Positions 26,992-37,060 of a DNA stretch of 64,000 nucleotides are shown one piece after another. A program made the translations under genes and the position numbers. The notes under the pieces are model-generated. The model searched no databases, was not told where the DNA came from, and was given only the letters and a program-made list of their open reading frames with translations. The stretch spans positions 816,913-880,912 of the forward strand of contig CBDBLP010000003.1 of assembly GCA_965207055.1 (NCBI GenBank), in the 5' to 3' direction. Each line of letters opens with the position of its first letter. Within the stretch, counting starts at the first letter, position 1. Source of the stretch: Alphaproteobacteria bacterium. GTDB lineage: Bacteria > Pseudomonadota > Alphaproteobacteria > UBA828.

Positions 26992-29900
26992 TGTCGCGGC
27001 TGCCGGAGCCCGCAGGGCTGCTGCTCGACCGCACGGAACAGGTCTCGTTCCGCTTCGAGGGCAGGCACTTTCAGGGCTATCGCGGCGATACCGTGGCGAG
27101 CGCGCTGGCGGCGAACGACGTCTCGGTGCTCTCCCGCTCCTTCAAGTATCACCGCCCGCGCGGCATCCATTCGCTCTCCGGCCTCGATGCGAACACGCTG
27201 GTTCAGGTGGGCCCTGCGCCCAACCGCTTCGCGGACCGCGTGCCGCTCGCACCCGACCTGGAAGTGATGGGCCAGAATTATTGGGGGACGCTGCGGCACG
27301 ACCGGCTGGCGGTGTTCGGCCTGCTGCACCGCTTCTTCCCCGTGGGCTTCTACTACAAGGCGTTTTACAAGCCGCGCTGGACTTGGCCGCTCTGGGCCAA
27401 GATGATCCGCCGCATCGCGGGCCTCGGCATGGTCGATACCGCCGCCCCGCACGGCTATTTCGACAAGCAGTACCTCTTCTGCGACGTGCTGGTGGTGGGC
27501 GGCGGCGCGGCGGGGCTCGCGGCGGCATCGCAAGCGGCAGCCGCCGGTGCCGAAGTCATACTGGTGGACGAGAACGCGGCGCTCGGTGGCGGGCTGCTCT
27601 ACGGCCGCGCGGATGCCGGCGGCATTCGCGCCGCAGAGGAGCGCGCCCGGCTCGTCGGCGACGTCGAGGGCTCGGAGCGCATCTCGGTGATGACCGAGAC
27701 CGCGTGCCTCGGGCGCTACGCCGACAACTGGCTGCCGCTGGTGCGCGGCAACCGCCTCTACAAGCTCCGGACCAAGGCCCTGGTGGTCGCCACCGGCTCG
27801 CTCGAACAGCCTCTGGTCTTCCGCAACAACGACCTGCCCGGCGTCATGCTGAGCAGCGCGGCGCAGCGGCTGATCAAGCTCTATGGCGTGAAGCCGGGCC
27901 GCCGCGCCGTGGTGGCGACGGCGGATGACGAGGGTTACGGCGCGGCCCTCGATCTGCTGGATGCGGGCGTCGACGTGGCGGCTGTGGTCGATCTGCGCAT
28001 GGATGCGCCGCGCAGCGCGATGAGCGACACGCTCGCCGCGCGCCGGGTGCCGGTCCACGCTGCCTCGGCGCCGTGGGAGGCCGTGCCTCAGCGCAAGGGC
28101 CCGCGCGTCGCGCGCGTCCGCGTCGCGCGGATCGAAGACGACGGCGTTTGTGCACCCTCGGTGGACAGCTTTACCTGCGACCTCCTGGTCGTGAGCGGCG
28201 GCCATGCACCGGCGGCCGCACTGTTGCGCCAGGCGGGCGCCACCTTCACCTACGACAGCACGCGCCACGCGACCACCATCGCGGAGCTCCCGCCCGGTGT
28301 CTTCGCCGCAGGCGAGGTGGCGGGGACCACTGGTCTCGATGCGGCGCTCGCGGACGGCCGCCGCGCCGGCTGGCAGGCGGCGCAGGCTGCCGGCCTCGAC
28401 GCGGGGCCCGAGCCCGCCGCGGCTCCGGCCGAGGCGACACCGGCGGCAACCAAGGCCGCGTGGCCGATCTTCCCGCATCCCGATCACAAGGCCTTCGTCG
28501 ATCTGGACGAGGACGTGCAGGTCCACGATCTGGAGGACGCGATCGCCGAGGGCTACGACCACGTCGAACTGCTCAAGCGCTTCACCACCAACGGCATGGG
28601 GCCCTCGCAAGGGCGGCATTCGTCGCTGAACGCGGTGCGCATTCTTTCGCGGGCCAAGGCTAGGAGCGTGGACGAGACGGGCGTCACCACGGTGCGCCAG
28701 CCCATCGTGCCGGTCACCATGGGCCATCTAGCGGGGCGCAGCTTCGAGCCGGTGCGCTACACCGCGATGCACTTCCGCCATCTGGAGGCGGGCGCCACCA
28801 TGATGCCGGCGGGCCTCTGGCTCAGGCCCGAGTTCTACGGCGACAAGGCCAGGCGCCAGGCGCTGATCCGGGAGGAGGCCAAGAACGTCCGCGACAACGT
28901 CGGCATCATCGATGTCTCGACCCTCGGCGGGCTCGACGTACGCGGGCCCGATGCGGCCGAGTTCATGAACCGCATGTACACCTTCGCCTACCTGAAGCAG
29001 CCGGTGGGTCGCTCGCGCTACGTGCTGATGACCGACCTCAGCGGTGTGGTGGTGGACGACGGCGTCGCCTGCCGCCTGCACGAGGACCACTTCTACGTCA
29101 CGGCGACGACCTCGGGCGTCGACAACGTCTACCGCGAGATGCTCTGGTACAACGCCCAGTGGCGGCTCAAGGTGGACGTGACCAACGTCACCGCCGCGCT
29201 TGCGGGCGTCAATATCGCGGGCCCCAATTGCCGCCCGGTGCTGGAGGCCCTCTGCGACGATGTCGATCTCTCGCCCGAGGGCTTCCCCTATATGGGCGTG
29301 CGCGAGGGCCACGTCGCCGGCATCCCCGCGATCTTTCTCAGGGTCGGCTTCGTGGGCGAGCTCGGCTACGAGGTGCACGTGCCGACGAGCCAGGGCGAGG
29401 CGCTCTGGGATGCGCTCATGGAAGCCGGCGCGGCACACGGCATGCGGCCCTTCGGCGTCGAGGCGCAGCGCCTGCTCAGGCTGGAGAAGGGCCACATCCT
29501 GATCGGCCAGGACACCGACGGCCTCACCACCCCCCACGAGGCCGACATGGCCTGGGCGCTTGCCAAGAAGAAGCCCTTCCACGTCGGCATCCGTTCGGTG
29601 CGGATGCAGGTGGCGAAGGGGCTCACCCGCAAGCTGGTGGGCTTCCAGATGCCGGGCGTCGGCGTGGAGCAGCCGAAGGAATGCCATCTGGTGATCCGCC
29701 AGGGCGAGATCACCGGGCGGGTCACCTCGGTCGCCTATTCGCCCAACCTGGACAAGATCGTCGGCATGGCCTACGTCGCGCCCGACCAGAGCGAGCCCGG
29801 CAGCCAGATCGAGATCAAGGTGGACGGCGGGCGCATGGTGAAGGCGACGGTGGCGAAGCTCCCCTTCTACGATCCCGACGGCGCGCGGCAGGAGCTCTGA
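26988..29900 (+). CDS. soxA: Sarcosine oxidase subunit alpha
   Basis: ...FRFEGRHFQGYRGDTVASALAANDV...FKYHRPRGI...DVLVVGGGAAGLAAA... followed by a C-terminal GcvT-like folate-binding region. 970 aa. Confidence 0.9.
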   Translation: MMSRLPEPAGLLLDRTEQVSFRFEGRHFQGYRGDTVASALAANDVSVLSRSFKYHRPRGIHSLSGLDANTLVQVGPAPNRFADRVPLAPDLEVMGQNYWGTLRHDRLAVFGLLHRFFPVGFYYKAFYKPRWTWPLWAKMIRRIAGLGMVDTAAPHGYFDKQYLFCDVLVVGGGAAGLAAASQAAAAGAEVILVDENAALGGGLLYGRADAGGIRAAEERARLVGDVEGSERISVMTETACLGRYADNWLPLVRGNRLYKLRTKALVVATGSLEQPLVFRNNDLPGVMLSSAAQRLIKLYGVKPGRRAVVATADDEGYGAALDLLDAGVDVAAVVDLRMDAPRSAMSDTLAARRVPVHAASAPWEAVPQRKGPRVARVRVARIEDDGVCAPSVDSFTCDLLVVSGGHAPAAALLRQAGATFTYDSTRHATTIAELPPGVFAAGEVAGTTGLDAALADGRRAGWQAAQAAGLDAGPEPAAAPAEATPAATKAAWPIFPHPDHKAFVDLDEDVQVHDLEDAIAEGYDHVELLKRFTTNGMGPSQGRHSSLNAVRILSRAKARSVDETGVTTVRQPIVPVTMGHLAGRSFEPVRYTAMHFRHLEAGATMMPAGLWLRPEFYGDKARRQALIREEAKNVRDNVGIIDVSTLGGLDVRGPDAAEFMNRMYTFAYLKQPVGRSRYVLMTDLSGVVVDDGVACRLHEDHFYVTATTSGVDNVYREMLWYNAQWRLKVDVTNVTAALAGVNIAGPNCRPVLEALCDDVDLSPEGFPYMGVREGHVAGIPAIFLRVGFVGELGYEVHVPTSQGEALWDALMEAGAAHGMRPFGVEAQRLLRLEKGHILIGQDTDGLTTPHEADMAWALAKKKPFHVGIRSVRMQVAKGLTRKLVGFQMPGVGVEQPKECHLVIRQGEITGRVTSVAYSPNLDKIVGMAYVAPDQSEPGSQIEIKVDGGRMVKATVAKLPFYDPDGARQEL

Positions 29901-29902
29901 GC

Positions 29903-30634
29903 GTGACGGCCCCGGCAGAGCAGACCCGCCGCTCCCCCCTCTACCGCGCGCTCGCGGCCCAGGGCGCGCGCTTCGAGGCGCTGGGCGGCTTTGCGCTGGC
30001 GCAGGATTTCGGGCGGGAGGCCGCTGCCGAGGCAGCCCAGGCGAAAGCGCTCGGGCTCGCAGACCTCACGCCCTTCCCGCGTATCGGCTTCAAGGGCTGG
30101 AACATCGGACCCTGGCTCGCCGGCTCTGGTGCCGAGATGGGCGGGGCGAGCAACCGGGCCTATCCCCAGGCCGATGGGGCCCGCATCGCGCGCTTGGCCC
30201 CGGGCGAGGCGCTGGTGCTCGCCGACCGCAACGGGGCCGGCCCCCTGATCGAGACCCTCGATCAAGCCTGGAGCATGGCGGAGGCCGACGGCTGCTTCCG
30301 CGTTGCGCGGGACGAGACGAGCTGCTGGCTGCTGCTCACCGGCGCGCACGCGCCCTCGATGCTCGCCAAGGTCTGCGCCGTCGACATGAGGCCCCAGGTC
30401 TTCGCGCCCGATGCCATCGCCCAGACCAACGTCGCCCGCCTCAACGTGATCGTGATCCGGGGCGACATCGGCCCGGTGCCGGCCTTCGACCTGATCACCG
30501 ATATCGCATCGGCGGTCTATCTCTGGGATGCGCTGCTCGATGCGATGGCAGAGTACGACGGCGCTCCGATCGGCCTCGCCGCCATCCGCGCTCTGCTGGA
30601 TGGGGGCGAAGCGCAAGACGCGCCTAGCTCTTGA
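29903..30634 (+). CDS. soxG: Sarcosine oxidase subunit gamma
   Basis: GTG at 29903, 3 nt after the soxA stop. RRSPLYRALAAQGARFEALGGFALAQDF...TPFPRIGFKGWN... About 243 aa in the expected position. Confidence 0.8.
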   Translation: MTAPAEQTRRSPLYRALAAQGARFEALGGFALAQDFGREAAAEAAQAKALGLADLTPFPRIGFKGWNIGPWLAGSGAEMGGASNRAYPQADGARIARLAPGEALVLADRNGAGPLIETLDQAWSMAEADGCFRVARDETSCWLLLTGAHAPSMLAKVCAVDMRPQVFAPDAIAQTNVARLNVIVIRGDIGPVPAFDLITDIASAVYLWDALLDAMAEYDGAPIGLAAIRALLDGGEAQDAPSS

Positions 30635-30809
30635 AGAGCGAGTCCGCCTTGCTCAGATAATCCGTCTTCGCGTGGATGGCGCCGCGCACCCGCTCCAGTT
30701 CCTCCTCAAGCTCTTCGGCATAGGCGCCGAGCGCCTCCACCGACATGTCGTCGAGCACGCGCGGGGTCCATTCCTGCTCGCGCGGGATGCGAATTGGCTC
30801 CTCGTCCAT
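30624..30809 (-). CDS. DUF1192 family small protein
   Basis: MDEEPIRIPREQEWTPRVLDDMSVEALGAYAEELEEELERVRGAIHAKTDYLSKADSLFKS. Internal ATG at 30809 of ORF 30624..31028. Its 3' end overlaps the soxG 3' end by 11 nt. Confidence 0.75.
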   Translation of the reverse strand: MDEEPIRIPREQEWTPRVLDDMSVEALGAYAEELEEELERVRGAIHAKTDYLSKADSLFKS

Positions 30810-30876
30810 CCCATTTCTCCTGCGCCGGTCGGGTCCGCTTGAGTATAGTCGCGCGCGCAAACCCTTTGGAGGCGTC

Positions 30877-31884
30877 ATGGCGAAGCTGCCCAGCGAAATG
30901 ACCGCTATCGAGATCACGGAGCCCGGCGGGCCTGAGGTCCTGCGCCCCACGCGGCGCGCGGTGCCCGAGCCCGGCCTGGGCGAGGTGCTGATCGAGGTGG
31001 CGGCGGCCGGGGTCAACCGGCCGGACACGATGCAGCGCCAGGGCGCCTACCCGCCACCGCCCGGCGCCTCCGACCTGCCGGGGCTGGAGGTCTCGGGCCG
31101 CGTGGTCGCGAGCGGCCCCGGCGCGCATCGCTTCGAGGTGGGCGAGGCCGTCTGCGCGCTCACCCACGGTGGCGGCTATGCCGAATACTGCGTCGCGCCG
31201 GAGACGCAGGCGCTCCCGGTCCCGGCGGGGCTCTCGGTGGTCGAGGCCGCCGGCCTGCCCGAGACCTGCTTCACGGTCTGGACCAATGCCTTCGAGCGCG
31301 CCCGGCTCCGCGCCGGCGAGCGGCTGCTCGTGCACGGCGGCAGCAGCGGCATCGGCACGACCGCGATCCAGATCGCGTCCGCGATGGGCGTCCGTGTCTT
31401 CGCCACTGCCGGCTCGGCGGAGAAATGCGCCGCCTGCGAAGGCCTCGGCGCCGAGCGGGCGATCGACTACCGCAACGAGGACTTCGTCGCCGTGGTGAAG
31501 GAGATCACCGGCGGCGAAGGGGTCGATGTGGTGCTCGACATCGTCGGCGGTAGTTACGCGGCGCGCAATCTCGCAGCGCTCAGACCCGAAGGCCGGCTGG
31601 CGCAAATCGCCGTCCAGGAGGCGTCGAAATCCCAGATCGACCTTTTTGCGCTCATGCGCAAGCGGCTCACCATCGTGGGCTCCACGCTCAGGCCGCAAAG
31701 CGTGGAGAGCAAGGCCCGCATCGCCGCTTCGCTGGAGGAGACCGTCTGGCCGCTCATCGAAGCGGGGCTGGTGCGGCCGGTCATCGACACCCGCCTCCGG
31801 CTTGACCAGGCCGCTGCCGCCCACGCCCGCATGGAGGCGGGTCAGCACATCGGCAAAATCCTGCTGGAGCGCGCGAACCGGTAG
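30877..31884 (+). CDS. qor: NAD(P)H:quinone oxidoreductase (zinc-type MDR, PIG3/Qor family)
   Basis: ATG at 30877 preceded by GGAGG. ...GEVLIEVAAAGVNRPDTMQRQGAYPPPPGASDLPGLEVSG...LVHGGSSGIGTTAIQ... Confidence 0.88.
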   Translation: MAKLPSEMTAIEITEPGGPEVLRPTRRAVPEPGLGEVLIEVAAAGVNRPDTMQRQGAYPPPPGASDLPGLEVSGRVVASGPGAHRFEVGEAVCALTHGGGYAEYCVAPETQALPVPAGLSVVEAAGLPETCFTVWTNAFERARLRAGERLLVHGGSSGIGTTAIQIASAMGVRVFATAGSAEKCAACEGLGAERAIDYRNEDFVAVVKEITGGEGVDVVLDIVGGSYAARNLAALRPEGRLAQIAVQEASKSQIDLFALMRKRLTIVGSTLRPQSVESKARIAASLEETVWPLIEAGLVRPVIDTRLRLDQAAAAHARMEAGQHIGKILLERANR

Positions 31885-32013
31885 TGCCCGGTGAATTGCG
31901 GCTTTGCGCTCCTTACATCTAGGCGATATACCGACCGCCTCACGTGTGGCTGCGGGCGATCATGCCGGCCTTGGCACGATCGCGTGCGGGCAGCAGTGAA
32001 AGGAACACATAAG

Positions 32014-32790
32014 ATGGCCGAGTTGCTGATGCCCAAGGCCACGGCGGTGTGGCTGATCGACAACACCACGCTCACGTTCGATCAGATCGCGGCGTTCTGC
32101 GAATTGCACCCGCTCGAGGTGCAGGGCATCGCCGACGGGGAGGTCGCGGTCGGCATTCGCGGCCTCGACCCCGTCGCCAACGGGCAGGTCAACCGTGAGG
32201 AGATCCAACGCTGCGAAGAGGATTCGTCCCAGCGGCTGGAGGCCATCGGCCCGGCCTCGGAGGTGCCGCAGCGCACCCGGCGCGCCCGCTACACGCCGGT
32301 CAGCAAGCGCCAGGACCGCCCCAACGCGATTTCCTGGCTGCTCAAGAACTATGACGAGCTGAGCGACGCGCAGATCGGCAAGCTGCTCGGCACAACCAAG
32401 GCGACGATTACCGCCGTGCGCGAGCGGACTCACTGGAACACGCCCAACATCACGCCGCAGGATCCGCTCCTGCTGGGCATTTGTACCGAGGCGGAGCTTC
32501 TCGACGCGGTGCGCAAGGCGCGCGCCAGGGCGGAGCGGGCTGCGGCGCGGGAAGAGAAGGCTGCCCAGGCGGCGCAGGCGGCGGCAGCCGCAGCCGCCGA
32601 AGCGGCCGCTGCCGTATCCGCAGCGGAGCCCGAGGCGTCGCCGGCCCAGCCGGTCGATGACGACCCGCCGGCCGCAGCGGAAGCCGAGCCGTCCGATTCC
32701 GGCACCCCCGATTCCGGCACCCCCGATCCCGCCATGCCGGGCGAAGGCAGCGGGCCCGCGGGCGAATTGCAGCCGGAAGCGGCAGACTAA
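32014..32790 (+). CDS. DUF1013 (TrcR-like) protein with an Ala-rich acidic C-terminal tail
   Basis: MAELLMPKATAVWLIDNTTLTFDQIAAFCELHPLEVQGIADGEVAVGIRGLDP...RYTPVSKRQDRPNAISWLLKN...TKATITAVRERTHWN matches the conserved alphaproteobacterial DUF1013 core. Confidence 0.85.
   Translation: MAELLMPKATAVWLIDNTTLTFDQIAAFCELHPLEVQGIADGEVAVGIRGLDPVANGQVNREEIQRCEEDSSQRLEAIGPASEVPQRTRRARYTPVSKRQDRPNAISWLLKNYDELSDAQIGKLLGTTKATITAVRERTHWNTPNITPQDPLLLGICTEAELLDAVRKARARAERAAAREEKAAQAAQAAAAAAAEAAAAVSAAEPEASPAQPVDDDPPAAAEAEPSDSGTPDSGTPDPAMPGEGSGPAGELQPEAAD
32695..32730 (+). repeat. Perfect 15-nt tandem duplication inside the DUF1013 tail (encodes SGTPD-SGTPD)
   Basis: gattccggcaccccc occurs at 32695-32709 and again at 32710-32724, followed by a partial third unit gatccc. 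Confidence 0.9.
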
Positions 32791-32872
32791 CTGGGGAACT
32801 GGGCCGCGCTGCGTTGCGCCGGCCTCGGGGCCGGTCGCGGCGGGAGTCATCGATACAGGGGAAGGAACGGCC

Positions 32873-33991
32873 ATGCTGATCGGCGTTCCCAAGGAAACCA
32901 AGATCCACGAGTACCGTGTCGGCATCCCGCCCGCCGGCGTGCGCGAGCTGGTGCAGAACGGCCATCGGGTCATGGTCGAGAAGGACTCCGGGACCGAGAT
33001 CGGTCTCCTCGACGTGCACTACGAGCGCGCCGGCGCCCAAGTGGTGGATGACGCGGCGGAGATCTTCGGCGCCGCCGAGATGGTCGTGAAGGTAAAGGAG
33101 CCTTCGCCGGCCGAGTGCGCCATGCTGCGGGTCGACCAGGTGCTCTTCACCTATCTCCACCTTGCGGCCGATGCCGCCCAGACCGCCGCCCTGATCGAGT
33201 CCGGCAGCATCGCCATCGCCTACGAGACCGTGACCGATACGCGGGGCGGCCTGCCGCTGCTCGCGCCGATGAGCGAGGTTGCGGGCCGCATGTCGATCCA
33301 GGCCGGCGCTCATTGCCTCGAAAAGGAGCAGGGAGGGCGCGGCGTCCTGCTCGGCGGTGTCCCCGGCGTGCCGCCGGCCGACGTGGCGATCCTGGGCGGC
33401 GGCGTGGTGGGCACGCACGCAGCCCGCATGGCGGTCGGCATGGGAGCGCGGGTCACGATCATCGACCGCTCGATCCCGCGCCTCCGCCAGCTGGAGGAAA
33501 TCTTCGGGGCCAGCGCCACGACCGTCTACTCGACCGTCCAGGCCATCGAGGAGACGGTGAACAGCGCCGACCTGGTGATCGGCGCGGTGCTCGTCGTCGG
33601 CGCCGCCGCACCCAAGCTGGTGCGCCGCGACATGCTGGACGAGATGCGCCGCAACGCCGTCATCGTCGATGTGGCGATCGACCAGGGCGGCTGCTTCGAG
33701 ACCAGCCGGCCGACTACCCATGCCGACCCCACCTACAAGGTGGCCAACATCCTGCACTACTGCGTCACCAACATGCCGGGTGCCGTGGCCCGCACCTCGA
33801 CATTCGCTCTCAGCAACGCGACGCTGCCTTTCGTGCTCGCGCTCGCGGGCAAAGGCTGGCGGCAGGCCATGCACGACGATTCTCATCTCATGCACGGCCT
33901 CAATGTTTGCCAGGGGCGCGTCACCCATGAGGCCGTCGCGCTCGACCTCGGCCACGACTACCTCGCGCCGGAGCGCGCGCTCGCCGCCTAG
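32873..33991 (+). CDS. ald: Alanine dehydrogenase
   Basis: [36 protein letters not shown]...VKVKEP...[20 protein letters not shown]...[10 protein letters not shown]... Confidence 0.93.
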   Translation: MLIGVPKETKIHEYRVGIPPAGVRELVQNGHRVMVEKDSGTEIGLLDVHYERAGAQVVDDAAEIFGAAEMVVKVKEPSPAECAMLRVDQVLFTYLHLAADAAQTAALIESGSIAIAYETVTDTRGGLPLLAPMSEVAGRMSIQAGAHCLEKEQGGRGVLLGGVPGVPPADVAILGGGVVGTHAARMAVGMGARVTIIDRSIPRLRQLEEIFGASATTVYSTVQAIEETVNSADLVIGAVLVVGAAAPKLVRRDMLDEMRRNAVIVDVAIDQGGCFETSRPTTHADPTYKVANILHYCVTNMPGAVARTSTFALSNATLPFVLALAGKGWRQAMHDDSHLMHGLNVCQGRVTHEAVALDLGHDYLAPERALAA

Positions 33992-34028
33992 CCCGGCGCC
34001 AAGAAGCGACGAAAATCGGGGGACTGCA

Positions 34029-35528
34029 ATGACTGCAACGCTCACTCACTGGATTAACGGCGCCGCCGTGCCCGGCGCGTCCTCGCGCTTCGGCGATGTC
34101 TACGACCCCTCCGCCGGCGAGGTGGTCGCGCGCGTGCCCTTCGCCAACTCCGACGAGGTGGAGAGCGCCGTGCAGGCGGCGGCGGAGGCCGCGCCCGGCT
34201 GGGCCAGGACTCCCCCCATTCAGAGGGCACGGGTGATCTTCGCGTTCAAGGAGCTGGTCGAGTGCCGAAAGGAGGACCTGTCCCGGGTGATAACGCGTGA
34301 GCACGGCAAGGTGCTCTCGGACGCGATGGGCTCCGTGTCCCGCGGGATCGAGGTGCTGGAGTTTGCCTGCGGCATCCCGCACCTGCTCAGGGGCGACTTC
34401 ACCCAGTCGGTCGGCACCGGCGTCGACAGCTTCTCCAGCCGTCAGCCGCTCGGCGTGGTGGCTGGCATCACGCCCTTCAACTTCCCGGCCATGGTGCCGA
34501 TGTGGATGTTCCCGGTCGCCATCGCCTGCGGCAACACCTTCATCCTGAAGCCGTCGGAGAAGGACCCCACGGCCGCGATGATGCTCGCCGAGTGGCTGAA
34601 GGAGGCCGGCTGCCCCGACGGTGTGTTCAACGTCGTCCACGGCGACAAGGAGGCGGTGGACGCGATCCTCACACATCCGGACATCGCTGCGGTGAGCTTC
34701 GTCGGCTCCACGCCCATCGCCGAGTACGTCTACCAGACCGGCTGCGCCCACGGTAAGCGGGTGCAGGCGCTGGGCGGCGCCAAGAACCACGCGGTGGTGA
34801 TGCCCGACGCCGATCTCACGATGGCGAGCGATGCCCTCATCGGCGCGGCCTACGGCTCCGCCGGCGAGCGCTGCATGGCGGTCTCGGTGGCCGTCGCGAT
34901 CGGAGACAAGGTGGGCGATGCCCTGATCGAGGACCTCAAGCCCAAGATCGAGAGCATCAAGGTGGGGCCGGGGACCGACAGCGAGGCCGACATGGGCCCG
35001 CTGGTGACCAAGGCCCACTTTGACAAGGTGCGGGGCTACGTCGATCTCGGCGTGGAGGAAGGCGCGGAACTGGTAATCGACGGCCGCGACCTCGCCCTCC
35101 AGGGCTACGAGAAGGGCTACTTCATCGGCCCCTGCCTCTTCGACCGGGTCACGCCCGACATGCGCATCTACAAGGAGGAGATTTTCGGGCCGGTGCTCTC
35201 GGTGGTCCGCGCGCCCGACTACGATGCCGCGCTGCAGATGGTGAACGAGCACGAGTTCGGCAACGGGGTCGCGATCTTCACCCGCGACGGCGACGCCGCG
35301 CGCGAGTTCGCGAACAAGGTGGAAATCGGCATGGTCGGCGTCAACGTGCCGATTCCCGTCCCGGTCGCCTATCACAGCTTCGGCGGCTGGAAGCGTTCGC
35401 TCTTCGGCGACCACGCCATGCACGGCATGGAGGGCGTGCGCTTCTATACCAAGCTCAAGACCGTGACCTCCCGTTGGCCGACCGGCATCCGCTCGGGCGT
35501 CGATCTCTCCTTCCCCATGATGTCGTAG
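34029..35528 (+). CDS. mmsA: CoA-acylating methylmalonate-/malonate-semialdehyde dehydrogenase
   Basis: ...ITPFNFPAMVPMWMFPVAIACGNTFILKPSEKDP...AGERCMAVS...FGGWKRSLFGD... Confidence 0.9.
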   Translation: MTATLTHWINGAAVPGASSRFGDVYDPSAGEVVARVPFANSDEVESAVQAAAEAAPGWARTPPIQRARVIFAFKELVECRKEDLSRVITREHGKVLSDAMGSVSRGIEVLEFACGIPHLLRGDFTQSVGTGVDSFSSRQPLGVVAGITPFNFPAMVPMWMFPVAIACGNTFILKPSEKDPTAAMMLAEWLKEAGCPDGVFNVVHGDKEAVDAILTHPDIAAVSFVGSTPIAEYVYQTGCAHGKRVQALGGAKNHAVVMPDADLTMASDALIGAAYGSAGERCMAVSVAVAIGDKVGDALIEDLKPKIESIKVGPGTDSEADMGPLVTKAHFDKVRGYVDLGVEEGAELVIDGRDLALQGYEKGYFIGPCLFDRVTPDMRIYKEEIFGPVLSVVRAPDYDAALQMVNEHEFGNGVAIFTRDGDAAREFANKVEIGMVGVNVPIPVPVAYHSFGGWKRSLFGDHAMHGMEGVRFYTKLKTVTSRWPTGIRSGVDLSFPMMS

Positions 35529-35565
35529 CGCCGCGGCGGCCGGGGCCGCAGGAGAGCCGAGAGCG

Positions 35566-36975
35566 ATGAGCAACGACGACCTCTCCTACCTCTCGGCGAC
35601 GGAGGCCGCCGCTCTCATTCGGGACGGCGCGCTCTCGCCCGTCGATCTGGTGACGAATGCGCTCGCGCGGATCGAGGAAGTCAACCCCACCCTCAACTGC
35701 TTCTGCTTCACCTATCCGGCGGAGGCCATCGAGCAGGCACGGGCGGCGGAGCGGGCGATCGCCGCAGGCGACGATGTGGGCCCACTGCATGGCGTCCCCA
35801 TCGCCATCAAGGACCTCACGCCGACCAAGGGCAAGACGACGACCTTCGGCTCCCACGCCTACAAGGATTGGGTGCCGGACGACGATGCCCTCGTGGTGCA
35901 ACGGCTGCGCGATGCGGGCGCCATCATGGTGGGCAAGACGACGACGCCGGAGTTCGCCTTTTCCAGCCTGACGGACAGTCCCTTGTGGGGCATCACCCGC
36001 AATCCGTGGAACCGCGACCACACGCCGGGCGGATCGTCGGGCGGCTCCGCTGCTGCCGTGGTTGCCGGCTGCGTGCCGCTGGCCGAAGGCTCGGACGCCG
36101 GCGGCTCGGTGCGGATTCCCGCCTCGCACAGCGGCTGCGTGGGGCTGAAGCCAAGCTCGGGCCGTATACCCTTCGAATTCCTGCCGACCCAGTTCGATTA
36201 CATGTGCTGCCACGGCCCGCTCTCGCGTACCGTGGCCGACGCCGCACTCTTCCTGAAGCTCTGCCAGGGCCCGGACGAGCGCGACCTGAATACCCTGGCG
36301 CCCGCCCTCTCGGTCGACGTGCCGCCGCCGCACGATGTTCGCGGCCTGCGTCTCGCGCTCTCCATCGACCTTGGCTACTACCGCATCGATCCCGACGTTG
36401 AGGCGAACACCCGCGCGGCTGCCGCCGCTCTGGAGCAGGCCGGGGCAGAGATCGAGCCCGTCGAGCTCGGCTGGAGTGCGGCGTTCAACGAGGCGTGGTG
36501 GGCCTATTGGGGCGTCTTCCAGGCCACGCATTTCGGCCACCATCTGGAGCGCTGGCGGGACAAGATGCACCCCTCCGTCGTCGCCTCGATGGAGGAGGGC
36601 CGCAAGATGAGTGCGGTCGAGTTGATGAAGACCGAGACGGTCTACACCGAGGCCTGGAACAGGCTGCGCCCCATTCTCGAGCGCTGCGATGTACTGCTCT
36701 GCCCCACCGAAGCGATTTCGGCACCCACGGTCGACTATGACGAGCTCGGCTCCATGGGAAACGATGCGGACGGCCGTCACCAGAGCATGGACATGACCAT
36801 GCAGTTCAACGCGCTCAAGCTGCCGGCGCTCTCGGTTCCCTCCGGCTTTTCCGCGCAGGGCCTGCCCACGGGCCTGCAGATCGTCGGCCGCCGCTTCGAC
36901 GACCTGACGGTGCTCCGCATCGGCGCCGCGCTCGAAGAGGCCCGCCCCTGGCGTCAGCACCGGCCCAGCTTGTGA
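35566..36975 (+). CDS. Amidase-signature family amidase
   Basis: ...GPLHGVPIAIKDL...GGSSGGSAAAVVAG...GSDAGGSVRIPAS... (Ser-cisSer-Lys signature). 469 aa. Confidence 0.88.
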   Translation: MSNDDLSYLSATEAAALIRDGALSPVDLVTNALARIEEVNPTLNCFCFTYPAEAIEQARAAERAIAAGDDVGPLHGVPIAIKDLTPTKGKTTTFGSHAYKDWVPDDDALVVQRLRDAGAIMVGKTTTPEFAFSSLTDSPLWGITRNPWNRDHTPGGSSGGSAAAVVAGCVPLAEGSDAGGSVRIPASHSGCVGLKPSSGRIPFEFLPTQFDYMCCHGPLSRTVADAALFLKLCQGPDERDLNTLAPALSVDVPPPHDVRGLRLALSIDLGYYRIDPDVEANTRAAAAALEQAGAEIEPVELGWSAAFNEAWWAYWGVFQATHFGHHLERWRDKMHPSVVASMEEGRKMSAVELMKTETVYTEAWNRLRPILERCDVLLCPTEAISAPTVDYDELGSMGNDADGRHQSMDMTMQFNALKLPALSVPSGFSAQGLPTGLQIVGRRFDDLTVLRIGAALEEARPWRQHRPSL

Positions 36976-37060
36976 AGGAGGGCGGGCCGCGCAGACCGTG
37001 GCCCTGGTGAGTGTTCCGGGCTAGGCTGCCGGGCCTGGCGGCAGCAGGGGAGCGGTTGCG

